The translations under genes and the position numbers were made by a program. The notes beneath the pieces were generated by a model, which saw only the letters and a list, made by a program, of their open reading frames with translations, did not search any database and was not told the DNA's origin. Shown piece after piece: positions 26,057 through 34,622 of a stretch of 49,567 nt of DNA. Within the stretch, counting starts at the first letter, position 1, and the number at the start of each line of letters is the position of its first letter. The stretch is from a virus (lineage: Duplodnaviria; Caudoviricetes), in IMG/VR virus record IMGVR_UViG_3300044788_000046, positions 1 to 49,567 of that record; one strand, 5' to 3'.

Positions 26057-26542
26057 CTAGTTGAGGACCACGGTCGAGGCGACCGAAGACGCTCCGGTAT
26101 AGGTGCCAGCGACAATGAATTTGACCCGGAGCCGATCGCCCAGGAGGCCGTCTTTGATGGTGTCGTCGGCGAGCGTGCCGTCCGTTGGCGTGTACCCGCC
26201 GGCGAGGGCGATGTCGAGCCGCACGGCCGACACCTTCGACGCCGTGGTCGTCAGAAAGGCGTGCTGCGCGATATCGACCCACGTCGCCCCGTTGTCGAAC
26301 GACGTTTGCAGAAACACCTTGCACGACGTCCCGCCGGCGGCACGGATGAATGCGGATTCGATGGCGGCGGCCTTCGTCCCGAACGGAACGCGCACCACGT
26401 CCGGCGCAAGGTACGTTCCGGCGGCACCGATCGTCGTCACCGGAAGCAAAGTCACCGCCCGATTTTGAACCTGCGCCCACGCCGACCCGGAGAGGCCGAG
26501 CGCGACGAGGGCGCAGAGGACGATCGACCGCAGGCGGGTCAC
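26057..26542 (-). CDS. head-region beta-sandwich protein with Sec signal peptide
   Basis: MTRLRSIVLCALVALGLSGSAWA|Q; QTSFDNGATW.DIA, GDRLRVK. Confidence 0.75.
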   Translation of the reverse strand: MTRLRSIVLCALVALGLSGSAWAQVQNRAVTLLPVTTIGAAGTYLAPDVVRVPFGTKAAAIESAFIRAAGGTSCKVFLQTSFDNGATWVDIAQHAFLTTTASKVSAVRLDIALAGGYTPTDGTLADDTIKDGLLGDRLRVKFIVAGTYTGASSVASTVVLN

Positions 26543-26745
26543 TTTGCGGCCTTGGGCTTTGCGGCCTTGGGCTTTGCGGCCTTGGGCTTTGCGGCCTTGG
26601 GCTTTGCGGCCTTGGACGGCTCGTCGCCCTCGCCCTCGCCCTCGGGCCGGATCTCGATGTGGCGCGACGAGTCGAAGTCGCTCGCGTTGATGAGCCCCTG
26701 GTGTCCGCCGTGCTCCTCGGTGAAGCGAATCAGCATGGTTTTCAT
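26539..26745 (-). CDS. small capsid-associated protein with histone-like KAAKP tail
   Basis: INASDFD...H core then (KAAKP)x4 KAAK. Confidence 0.75.
   Translation of the reverse strand: MKTMLIRFTEEHGGHQGLINASDFDSSRHIEIRPEGEGEGDEPSKAAKPKAAKPKAAKPKAAKPKAAK
26542..26615. repeat. 15-bp tandem repeat, about 5 perfect copies
   Basis: ctttgcggccttggg repeated from 26542. Confidence 0.95.
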
Positions 26746-26758
26746 TTGGAGTCCCCCC

Positions 26759-27229
26759 TTACTCGACGACGTACGTCAAGAGGCAGTCGACGAACGTCGC
26801 CACGGTGATCGCCGACCCAACCCGAACGAGGTTTAGTGGCGTGTTCGCATCGTGGCGCGTGAACGAGGCGCCATCGGCCAAGATGACAGCGTTAGACGCG
26901 CCCATCCTGAGCAGTGCGCTTTGCGTCAGTGCGGCGACGGCGGCCACGAGTGGGCGAGAGGCCGCGGCGGCCTTGGTCGCCAGGATGTCGACGGACGTGG
27001 CGCTCGTGACCGCCCCGCCGATGGCGATCAATGCCGAGTCGATGATCCGGTAGCCGAATCCGGGGATGGCGGGGGCCAACTCGTTCGCCGCCTGCGCCGT
27101 GGTGATGAGGTCCGCAACCGCGATCCTCTTGCGCAGGTGACGCGGAACGCCGGGCATGATGAGAATCCCGTTGTAGTGGCGGAACTTGACCGGGGCGCCG
27201 AGCCCCTCGGGATACAGTGCGGTGTCCAT
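26759..27229 (-). CDS. putative head decoration protein
   Basis: Directly after coat gene; A/T/V-rich beta protein; GGGAG RBS. Confidence 0.6.
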   Translation of the reverse strand: MDTALYPEGLGAPVKFRHYNGILIMPGVPRHLRKRIAVADLITTAQAANELAPAIPGFGYRIIDSALIAIGGAVTSATSVDILATKAAAASRPLVAAVAALTQSALLRMGASNAVILADGASFTRHDANTPLNLVRVGSAITVATFVDCLLTYVVE

Positions 27230-27307
27230 GTGGACTCCCTGCGGTCGGGGGATTTGTGCGGCGCTTGGGGCGGGGGCCCCGACAAACCCCCGCCCGTCGC
27301 GCTACAA

Positions 27308-28411
27308 CTAGCCTGCGATGCGAACGCCGAGTTCCGGACGGGGGACCGCCGAGCCCCACAGGGCGTCGAACGACCATTCGTCCTGATAGAACTGACGGAA
27401 GTAGGTCAAGCGGAGAGCGAGGCCGCTTTCGTTGTCGACCGCGGTCGCCTCGGTGGCGCCCTGGCCGGACACGTTCGCGCCGGCCTTCATGGGAGCCATG
27501 GCGAAGGCGATGGCGTTGGGGTGCAAGAGAAGGTTGGCCTTGTGGCTCGCCTTCACGGTCACGACCTCGGTCGAGGACTTCGCGGACTTGAGGTTCGGAT
27601 AGACGGTGATGGCGGTCGTGGGCGCGGTGCCGGTGACGGCGATCGCGACGTAAGTTTGGGTGTCCGCGCCGGCGAACGTGACGACGTCGCCCACGAGAAT
27701 CGACCCGGTGCCGCCGGTGAGGTTGACGACGCCCTGACCGGCCGCGTTGGTGCCGGTCGTGGTGCCCGCGTTCGTCCACGTGCCCGCGGTGTGGCTCGGC
27801 ACGAAGGGCGACCACACGGGCTCGACGCCAACGTCGCCGAAATTCTTGTCATAGGTCCGGCGCAGGCCCTTCCAGTTGGCATTCGCCGCGGTGTCCATGA
27901 TGAGGGCCCGCCGGTCGACGGGCATGACCTGGTCATTCGCGAACCGCTCGGCCGTGAGAAACTCTCCGATGTCGGTCCCGAACGGCGTGGTCCCGGCGAC
28001 TCCGGAATAGCCGAAGAACTTTTTGTAGTTCAACCACACGTTCTGTTCAATGGTGTTCACGAGGCCCCGGATCGCCTCTTGGATCTGCATCGGGACGATG
28101 CCCTTGTCGACCTGCACCGCCTGCTTGTCGGAGAAGTCGAAGGCGGCCCGATACCACTGGTCGAGAGTGATGGGGACCTTCGTCGGGGTCACGGCCGCGG
28201 TATCGTTCGGATGCACACCGCCGGGGGTCACGGCGACCGCGGTGATGGGCGCGGGAACGATCACGTTGACCGTGCTCCCGGGAGTGGCCGCGATGATGTC
28301 GCTTTCATACTCGCGATTCACGCGGCGGATGAGCTGGATTTGCTCGCGCAGGGTAGCAAGCCCCATCCGCGCGATCGTGGAAAGCATGTTGGTGTCGACG
28401 ATCAGAGCCAT
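27308..28411 (-). CDS. major capsid protein (P22 coat-like)
   Basis: VNR.YE....G.TVNV..P, ITLDQ, FD.LWG...RPELG.RIAG. Confidence 0.88.
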   Translation of the reverse strand: MALIVDTNMLSTIARMGLATLREQIQLIRRVNREYESDIIAATPGSTVNVIVPAPITAVAVTPGGVHPNDTAAVTPTKVPITLDQWYRAAFDFSDKQAVQVDKGIVPMQIQEAIRGLVNTIEQNVWLNYKKFFGYSGVAGTTPFGTDIGEFLTAERFANDQVMPVDRRALIMDTAANANWKGLRRTYDKNFGDVGVEPVWSPFVPSHTAGTWTNAGTTTGTNAAGQGVVNLTGGTGSILVGDVVTFAGADTQTYVAIAVTGTAPTTAITVYPNLKSAKSSTEVVTVKASHKANLLLHPNAIAFAMAPMKAGANVSGQGATEATAVDNESGLALRLTYFRQFYQDEWSFDALWGSAVPRPELGVRIAG

Positions 28412-28578
28412 AGTGGCCGAGCCTCAAAAGCGCACATGCGGTGCGCGTCTTTTGGATTGGCCCCCGGGGGCTTGCCATTCGCCCCGGGGCGAAGGCCCTT
28501 CGGCGCCAGGAGCGGCGCCACGATCACCGAACTCGCTCAACGACCCCGTGGCGCTTCTGCGCCCTGGCCGCCCGCGCC

Positions 28579-29355
28579 CTACAGGACGGAGATACCCTCC
28601 GTCTTCACCTCGCCGCCGCCCGGCAAACGGAACGTGCTCGGGACAGGCTTGACGCCCGTGCCTCCACCCGTGGGGGCCGCGGTCCCGCCATTCGTCTCGA
28701 ACGCGAAAGGGTGATCCTTCGCGGCCGATTTGATCCAATCTTCGACCGTGAGCGGTTCCCCGTCCGACCCGAATCGGCCATCGCGGGCGACGACTCGGTC
28801 GTCCACGACGCGGAACGCTTCCTCGGCCCGCGACAGGATGAACTCGACCACGTCGGTATTCTTCCGGCCGCCGGCGTCGGTGAACTTTCCCCGCACGGCG
28901 TCGCGGATCGCAGCCTTTGCGAGCTTGGCGTCCTTCGCCTTTTCGCGCTCGGCCGATTGCGTGAGCTGGGCCGTGATGGGCGCTAGCGCCGCCTGAATCG
29001 CGGCCTGGACGTCGTCGGCGCCCTTGATTCCCTTTTTGTCGAGGGCCTCGGCCTTCGCTTTGAGCGCGGCGTATTCCTCGGGGTCGATCGCCTTGAGCTT
29101 TTCCAGCTTGGCGGGGTCGATGCCTGAGAATAGCCCCACCTTCGCGATGGCGGCGTCGATCGTTTCCACTCCGAGCGCGGACATGATCTTCTTCCCGTTG
29201 TCGCGGAACTCGGCGAACTTCAGGGCCGGCACATAGCCAGGGAGGCCGTCCCCTTTGACCGCGAGGACGTGCTTTCCGTCCTTCTCCACGTAGAAGGACC
29301 GGAGGGCTTCGGGGATTGCGTTGATGTCGGCGACGACAGCGTCGAGTTCAGCCAT
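28579..29355 (-). CDS. capsid scaffolding protein
   Basis: IPEALR.FYVEKDGK.VL.V, EFRDN, coiled region, W......HPF.F....GG.A..GGG. Confidence 0.8.
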   Translation of the reverse strand: MAELDAVVADINAIPEALRSFYVEKDGKHVLAVKGDGLPGYVPALKFAEFRDNGKKIMSALGVETIDAAIAKVGLFSGIDPAKLEKLKAIDPEEYAALKAKAEALDKKGIKGADDVQAAIQAALAPITAQLTQSAEREKAKDAKLAKAAIRDAVRGKFTDAGGRKNTDVVEFILSRAEEAFRVVDDRVVARDGRFGSDGEPLTVEDWIKSAAKDHPFAFETNGGTAAPTGGGTGVKPVPSTFRLPGGGEVKTEGISVL

Positions 29356-29361
29356 GCTTTT

Positions 29362-29601
29362 CTAGGCTCCAAGGGTAGGGGAAGAGTCCACGGGTTTTAG
29401 TTTTTCTGTTACGTAACCCCAGCCGCGCATCACGACCTCGCGCATGACTTCGCTTCTGGGGCGGTCCTCGCGGAGGGCCTTCCGGTCAATCGCCTCAACG
29501 AGCGCGGGCGGCAGGCTCGCCGAGATGCACACGAGCTTTTCCCCGGGCGCCTTCCGGGGGCGGCCGACCGTGCGCTTTGTGGTGGGGCGGGCCGCGCTCA
29601 T
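29362..29601 (-). CDS. ribbon-helix-helix (CopG-like) DNA-binding protein
   Basis: GRPRK AT-hook-like motif, then ISASLPP.LVEAID..A....RPRSEVMRE. Confidence 0.75.
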   Translation of the reverse strand: MSAARPTTKRTVGRPRKAPGEKLVCISASLPPALVEAIDRKALREDRPRSEVMREVVMRGWGYVTEKLKPVDSSPTLGA

Positions 29602-30191
29602 CGGTCCGGCTCCGTCACGGCCTGCGCACATCGGCAATTCGGATGCGCCGGCGGGCCCGGGAGCGGGCCGACGCTCGTCGGGAACATCGCGCGGAGCGGC
29701 ACCTGTACGCCGTCGAGCGGCTCGCACACCGGACACGTTTTCTCGTCGTCGGTCGTCAGCCACTCTTTGACCGCCGCCTTCGAGAGGAGCCCGCCCGCCT
29801 GGGCGTCGACGTTCGCCGCCCGGTTCCCCGCATTGAGGGCCCCCATGATCTCGGTACGCGCGATCGTGTTGGCCCTCGACCTCAAGAGCCGGTCGGCGTA
29901 ACGGTCGGTCAGGGTGTTGATCCGGTCGAACGATAGCCCGTCATTTACGAGGCCTGTCCGGTATGTGTCGAGGGCCCCGGCGCGTCGCTCGTCGAGCCCG
30001 ATCGTTGACTCGATCAGGCGGGCCGCGTCGTAGACGGGTATCCCGGTCCGGATGGACTTGACCACCACGGCACGGATGGCGGCCTCAACCTGTTTCGAGA
30101 TGTCGACGACGGCGGCGGCGGCCGTGCGCTCCGCGACCTGTTGGGCCTTCGGGTTCTTCCCGTCGAACGAAAACGCCGGGGCCGGAGCCAT
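29598..30191 (-). CDS. MuF / gp7-like minor head protein (C-terminal part)
   Basis: RA.TIARTE, KEW.T..D..TCPVC..LDG, PPAHPNCRC. Confidence 0.88.
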   Translation of the reverse strand: MAPAPAFSFDGKNPKAQQVAERTAAAAVVDISKQVEAAIRAVVVKSIRTGIPVYDAARLIESTIGLDERRAGALDTYRTGLVNDGLSFDRINTLTDRYADRLLRSRANTIARTEIMGALNAGNRAANVDAQAGGLLSKAAVKEWLTTDDEKTCPVCEPLDGVQVPLRAMFPTSVGPLPGPPAHPNCRCAQAVTEPDR

Positions 30192-30210
30192 CAGCGAACC
30201 TTGACCGCTA

Positions 30211-30302
30211 TGCTACTATTCGCGGCGGGACGGGGCCGCACGCCTACCCGAGGCGGGTCAGGCTCCACGGGCCGGGGGCGCGCACCCCCGGCCTTTTCTT
30301 TT
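30211..30302 (+). ncRNA. candidate antisense-strand small RNA unit
   Basis: Extended -10 TGcTACTAT (30211-30219) followed about 75 nt later by an intrinsic terminator. Confidence 0.35.
30270..30302 (+). terminator. intrinsic terminator
   Basis: ggccggggg-cgcgca-cccccggcc followed by ttttctttt. Confidence 0.7.
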
Positions 30303-30303
30303 C

Positions 30304-30627
30304 TCATCGCTTCGCCCTCACGCTCGCCGCTCCCAGCTTGCCGCCTTTGATGGTCGCGTCGTGGACAATGGCGCCCAGGGGCGCGAGGGCTTCCGCCAGG
30401 GCTTGCACGAACGGACGCACCGCGCGGTCGACGTCCTTGGGGTCGACGGGACCTTGCCGCCGCATGTAGTTTTGGCGGGCGTGCTCCAGGGCGAGCGCAA
30501 GGTCGTTGATCGACCCGGCGGCCCGAACCCGCTCCATGGCCCTCAGGAACGCTCGGGCGAACCTCGGCTCAAACGAGTCGGCGGCGCTATGGATCGGCGC
30601 GAAGTCGCGCCGGGCGCGGCGTGTCAC
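30304..30627 (-). CDS. probable N-terminal part of MuF-like head protein
   Basis: EPRFARAFL.A...VR.....L..ALE, resembling N-termini of longer MuF proteins. Confidence 0.55.
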   Translation of the reverse strand: MTRRARRDFAPIHSAADSFEPRFARAFLRAMERVRAAGSINDLALALEHARQNYMRRQGPVDPKDVDRAVRPFVQALAEALAPLGAIVHDATIKGGKLGAASVRAKR

Positions 30628-31124
30628 GCCGGCCTCCGCTCGGGCAACAGCAACAGCTCGCCACGAGCGCCACGCGCCAGGGCGTCCCTCTGGCGTAGCG
30701 CCATCTCGGCGACCTTGAGCAAGGCGCCGGCGGCCGTAAGCTGCGCGTTCGCGACCGAGGGCGAGATGCGCCCGTCCGCGAGGTCCGCGATTATCGCGTC
30801 CATGAGCGCGGCAAAGTCGTGGTCGCTCTTGATTCCGCGCACGGCGATCACCTTACTCCGCGGCGTCTTGCCGTCGTCCTTGCCGTCGTCATCCGGTGGC
30901 TGGGGTGGCGGCTGGGTTCGCGGCGGACCGAACGGAGCAGCGGCCGACACCACGACCGGGGACTCGCCCTTGATGTCGAACGCCTCAGATAGCTTGCCCG
31001 TTTTCGTGTCGAGCCGCTTAAACGTCACGGCGATGTGCCCGAGCGGGCAGAGCATTTCATCTCGCCCCGTGTCCTTGAGCGGCTTGCCGTGGACGGCGCA
31101 CACCCGCACCCATCGTTCGCTCAC
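30624..31124 (-). CDS. hypothetical protein
   Basis: CAVH..CPLGH; D.ADGRIS..VANA motif. Confidence 0.6.
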   Translation of the reverse strand: MSERWVRVCAVHGKPLKDTGRDEMLCPLGHIAVTFKRLDTKTGKLSEAFDIKGESPVVVSAAAPFGPPRTQPPPQPPDDDGKDDGKTPRSKVIAVRGIKSDHDFAALMDAIIADLADGRISPSVANAQLTAAGALLKVAEMALRQRDALARGARGELLLLPERRPA

Positions 31125-31792
31125 GCGCCCACACTCCCCGCTCGCCCGCGCTTCAGCACGCGGCGGGCCGCGCCGAGGTGGGCGTATAGGTCATTGATCC
31201 GGCCCCACTGTTCGCCGAGGCGGCGCGCTTCGGCCTCGACGCATGCGGGGCAGTGGAGCCCCTTCGCGTCTTGAGCCCACCGCATCGCGCTCGCGTGGGA
31301 CCGCCCGCTTCCGGCCCGGTAGAGCCCGCACAGCGTTTCATCGAGTAGGCGCCGGTATGTGATGCCGCAATCGCGGCACGTGGCCCGGCCTCGCCCGGCG
31401 CACTGTCGCGCAAGCCACCACGTCGCATTCCACGTGCGTCGAAATACGGGGCTCGGGATGTTGGGCCCGCCTTCGAGGTAGGGCGGCCACCGTTCGTGGA
31501 GCAGTCGATAGACCTTATCCTTGCGCCACAGCCGCATCCCCGACACGCGCTCAAACCAGTCAAGAAACGGCCGATACTTCGACGATCGCCCCATGTACAT
31601 CACGAGGCGGCAGTCCGGCACGAGCACCTCGACGGCGAGGTCGGGCTCGATCTCGAACGCAACGAACTCGCACCCCGCCCGCGTCGCCACGCATCGGCAC
31701 GGATCGCCTTCGTAATCTAGATGCGGTACGGTGAACGTCCCGAGGGTTTGGCCCTTATAGTGGGACCACGTCACCGATGCTTCGGGCCTCAC
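31121..31792 (-). CDS. Cys-rich hypothetical protein
   Basis: GTGA-coupled start; CRDC, CPAC. Confidence 0.55.
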   Translation of the reverse strand: MRPEASVTWSHYKGQTLGTFTVPHLDYEGDPCRCVATRAGCEFVAFEIEPDLAVEVLVPDCRLVMYMGRSSKYRPFLDWFERVSGMRLWRKDKVYRLLHERWPPYLEGGPNIPSPVFRRTWNATWWLARQCAGRGRATCRDCGITYRRLLDETLCGLYRAGSGRSHASAMRWAQDAKGLHCPACVEAEARRLGEQWGRINDLYAHLGAARRVLKRGRAGSVGA

Positions 31793-32277
31793 GTGTCGCT
31801 CCGGTAGGCGCGCAGAAACTGGCGCCGGCTCAGCTCGCCGCGCTCGGCCAGGGCCCGAGCCACTCGACGGATGGCGCACATCTCTTTGCGCACGAGCCTT
31901 CGGGCGTGCTGGCCCGCGACATTGATGGATATCATCGAGCATCCCAACCGCCGCACGGCGTGGAAGTCGCCCCACGGCAAGAGGTGGCGCGGGCGATTGA
32001 ACGCGATGCGCTCGGCCTCGTGACCCGCAAGCGCGATCACTGCTCGTGTGATCGGATCGTATCGGCCCGCGCGCTTCGTGTACAACGTTTCCGTGAAACC
32101 TCCAACAAGGCCATGGCCGCGCCGATGCGGCACGAGCCAAAGGCGCAAGGTTCGCTCGCCCATTCGCTCCGACGCCACGGCGTGACCGGCCTCATGGATC
32201 GCGAAGGCATGGCGCTCCTTCCTGGGCGTATTGCGGAGCAAAAGACCACGGCGAATGCGATAGTCGCTTCGGCTCAC
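31789..32277 (-). CDS. stand-alone M41 (FtsH-type) zinc peptidase domain
   Basis: AIHEAGHAV, LAGHEAE, GD, IRRVARAL.ERGELS. Confidence 0.7.
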   Translation of the reverse strand: MSRSDYRIRRGLLLRNTPRKERHAFAIHEAGHAVASERMGERTLRLWLVPHRRGHGLVGGFTETLYTKRAGRYDPITRAVIALAGHEAERIAFNRPRHLLPWGDFHAVRRLGCSMISINVAGQHARRLVRKEMCAIRRVARALAERGELSRRQFLRAYRSDT

Positions 32278-32633
32278 GCGATGGTCCCCGCGGCCCGCTT
32301 GTCGAATTCGTCAAGCATCATGTTGACCGACGCGGCCCATGTCGAGCCCGTTTCTTCGGCCGCGAGCAGCGCCGCGTGCGCAAGGTGCGTCGTCGCGTGG
32401 CCCTGGTCGGGGTCCTCGAACAACGACACGTGCAGGCGGGCGAGCGCCGCGATCGACGCCGGATCGCGGAGGGCGCACACGCGGCGGAAGCTCTGGCGCA
32501 GGTATCGGAGCTGCGCGCGCTTCCCGCAATACCCGGCGTACTGGTAGCCCTCGGGAAGGGCGCGGTCAGGCTTCGCGATTCTGCCCCGCGGCACCCTGGC
32601 GCCGAGCGGTGTCGGCCAGCCGGAGTGCATCAA
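32274..32633 (-). CDS. hypothetical protein
   Basis: Coupled on both sides. Confidence 0.5.
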   Translation of the reverse strand: MMHSGWPTPLGARVPRGRIAKPDRALPEGYQYAGYCGKRAQLRYLRQSFRRVCALRDPASIAALARLHVSLFEDPDQGHATTHLAHAALLAAEETGSTWAASVNMMLDEFDKRAAGTIA

Positions 32634-33172
32634 TCCTCACATCCCGCGTCGGGCGGAAACCCGTATTTTCGTTTCGCTGCGCGCAGCTCGCGCTCGGCGT
32701 CCGCTCGCGTAGGCACCACGGACTCGCCGCGATGGACGACGGCCAATCTTGGCCCGGGAAGGTACGGGGTCCCCACGATGAGGACCGCCGGGCGACCCGT
32801 CGCTACCTTGACGAGGTCCGGCTTTCCTTCGAGGCCCACGGCGTCACGGTAGACGGGCGGAACCGGGGCCTGGACCCGCGGAGGTCGATAGAACGTGCCG
32901 CCGGTGAGTGGCCGCGGGCGTCCGCACCCGCACGCCATGACCATCGCACGCCCTCGCGAGTCCCACCCCACAAGGCACCGGCCGAGACCGTCGTGGCGGA
33001 CGCGGAGATGATTGCAGCTCAGGCAATGCCGGGCGGCGTCCTCGGCATCCTCGCGCGTCTTGGGCGGGAAACCTGAGGCCCTACGCGAGGCGAGGGTCTC
33101 GCCTCGCCACCATCGCACGAACGCGGCCCTACGGTCCACGGGCCAGAGCCACGCCAACAGACGCGCGATCAT
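32630..33172 (-). CDS. hypothetical protein with a tape-measure-like C-terminal motif
   Basis: C.SC.H...H...C....C.C; GTPYLPGPRLAVVHRGESVVP. Confidence 0.55.
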   Translation of the reverse strand: MIARLLAWLWPVDRRAAFVRWWRGETLASRRASGFPPKTREDAEDAARHCLSCNHLRVRHDGLGRCLVGWDSRGRAMVMACGCGRPRPLTGGTFYRPPRVQAPVPPVYRDAVGLEGKPDLVKVATGRPAVLIVGTPYLPGPRLAVVHRGESVVPTRADAERELRAAKRKYGFPPDAGCED

Positions 33173-34614
33173 TCTCCGGCCGGAGCCGGCGGCATCGCGC
33201 CGGAAGGCATCGTCTCCGGCTTCGGGCTCAACGCCTCTTCGGCGTCAATCGCCCTCCGCTCCGTGTCGAGGTCCACGCCCTCCCGGGCCCACCCGCCTTC
33301 CTGTAGGGCGTGGTAGAGCGTCTCATGCGATGTCGCCCGAGCCTGCCACAGGTTCCGCTGTTCGGTGATCTCGGCAGGGGCGGCCTTGACGTTCGTGAAT
33401 TCCTGATTGAGCTTGACCGTGATGCCCTGGTCGATTTCGCCCGAGCCGGCCCACCATGCGGCCCACCGCAAAAGAGTCGTCAAGGCGGTCGATGCCGTGC
33501 TCGAGATGGTGCGCAGTGCGGCGCCTTCTCCGCTGTGTTTGATCCTTACCGCGGTCGCCGTTTCCGCGGCTATGGCGCTCGGGTCCTCCAAGAGTCGCGC
33601 CCCGAGGGTCGCCATTTGGCGCTCTTTCGCGGCCATGGCGTCTAGGATTGCCTTCATCCCCGCGCCCGAGAATTCCAGCACGCCAGCCGCGGCGTCCTTC
33701 GGGAGCATCCACGCCATAGACCCGCCGACCTTGAGCGGCTGGCTGTTTGCCGCAAGCCCCGCGGCCCAATAGGTCGGAATGGCCGTGTTGAATAGTCCTT
33801 GCTCGTGGTCGGCAGAGTTTCTGAAATGGCCGATGTTCACGTTCCCCAGGTCGATGAGCGGGGGCTTGGTTGGACATGGGTCCACCCCGCCCGCATTGAT
33901 GAATAGAAACGGGATGAAGTCGAGCGGAACGCCGCGACGCTTCGAGATGATCCAGGGCCCCGGCGTGAATTCGCTCGCCGACCCGACGCGCCGCCACATC
34001 CGCGATTGATAGACACCGTCGACGAGCGTCATTTGACGATAGGCCATGACGCACTCGTGGCCAAATTCGGAATCTACCTCCTCGCGCTCCGCAATCACGA
34101 CCATCACGAGCTGGTCTGGATCGGACCCGACGCGGGCGGTCCGCCAGTTGATGACCGATTCCGCCTCGCGGAGGGCCCAATACGGGAAGGTACCCGCCGG
34201 CGCCGCCTCCGACAGGTCAAGGAACACGGCGTAGCGCCCGACCGCCACGAGTTCCGTCACGATCTCGAGGGCCACGGTGTCGAGCGGCTCGTTTTTTCGG
34301 GTCAGGTCCTCGGCGTATTGCTTCACGTCGTCGGGCGCGTCGATGACGGGAGGCTTCGCGAACACCGCGCCGGCCAGGGCGACGACGGTGCGCGCGAGCG
34401 CGTTATAGAACTGCGCTCGCTCACGGTAGAACCCGAAATCCTCCTGCGTCATCCCGGGCGGTGTCGGAAGGTATTGGAACGTCCGCCCGGAGGGGTCGTA
34501 TTGCGACCCGGCCTTGACCGCCTCGGCGCCCTCGATGAGCGCGCGCATACGCGCCCAAAGCGGGCGCGCTTCCTTGAACTCGGGATGCTCGGTCGCGACC
34601 GTGTCTTGTGCCAT
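33169..34614 (-). CDS. portal protein (DUF4055-like)
   Basis: HPE...W..MR...G..AVK, YLP, Y..RA.FYN, INW, KPPL.DL..VN.GHFRNSAD; GAGGAG RBS. Confidence 0.9.
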   Translation of the reverse strand: MAQDTVATEHPEFKEARPLWARMRALIEGAEAVKAGSQYDPSGRTFQYLPTPPGMTQEDFGFYRERAQFYNALARTVVALAGAVFAKPPVIDAPDDVKQYAEDLTRKNEPLDTVALEIVTELVAVGRYAVFLDLSEAAPAGTFPYWALREAESVINWRTARVGSDPDQLVMVVIAEREEVDSEFGHECVMAYRQMTLVDGVYQSRMWRRVGSASEFTPGPWIISKRRGVPLDFIPFLFINAGGVDPCPTKPPLIDLGNVNIGHFRNSADHEQGLFNTAIPTYWAAGLAANSQPLKVGGSMAWMLPKDAAAGVLEFSGAGMKAILDAMAAKERQMATLGARLLEDPSAIAAETATAVRIKHSGEGAALRTISSTASTALTTLLRWAAWWAGSGEIDQGITVKLNQEFTNVKAAPAEITEQRNLWQARATSHETLYHALQEGGWAREGVDLDTERRAIDAEEALSPKPETMPSGAMPPAPAGE

Positions 34615-34622
34615 GCTCTCCT

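Noticed and set aside
26852-28714. Long plus-strand ORFs (620 aa here; also 235..1446, 45053..46420, 8413..9501)
   Set aside because: Antisense shadows of GC-rich real genes; R/G/P-rich with no motifs or RBS
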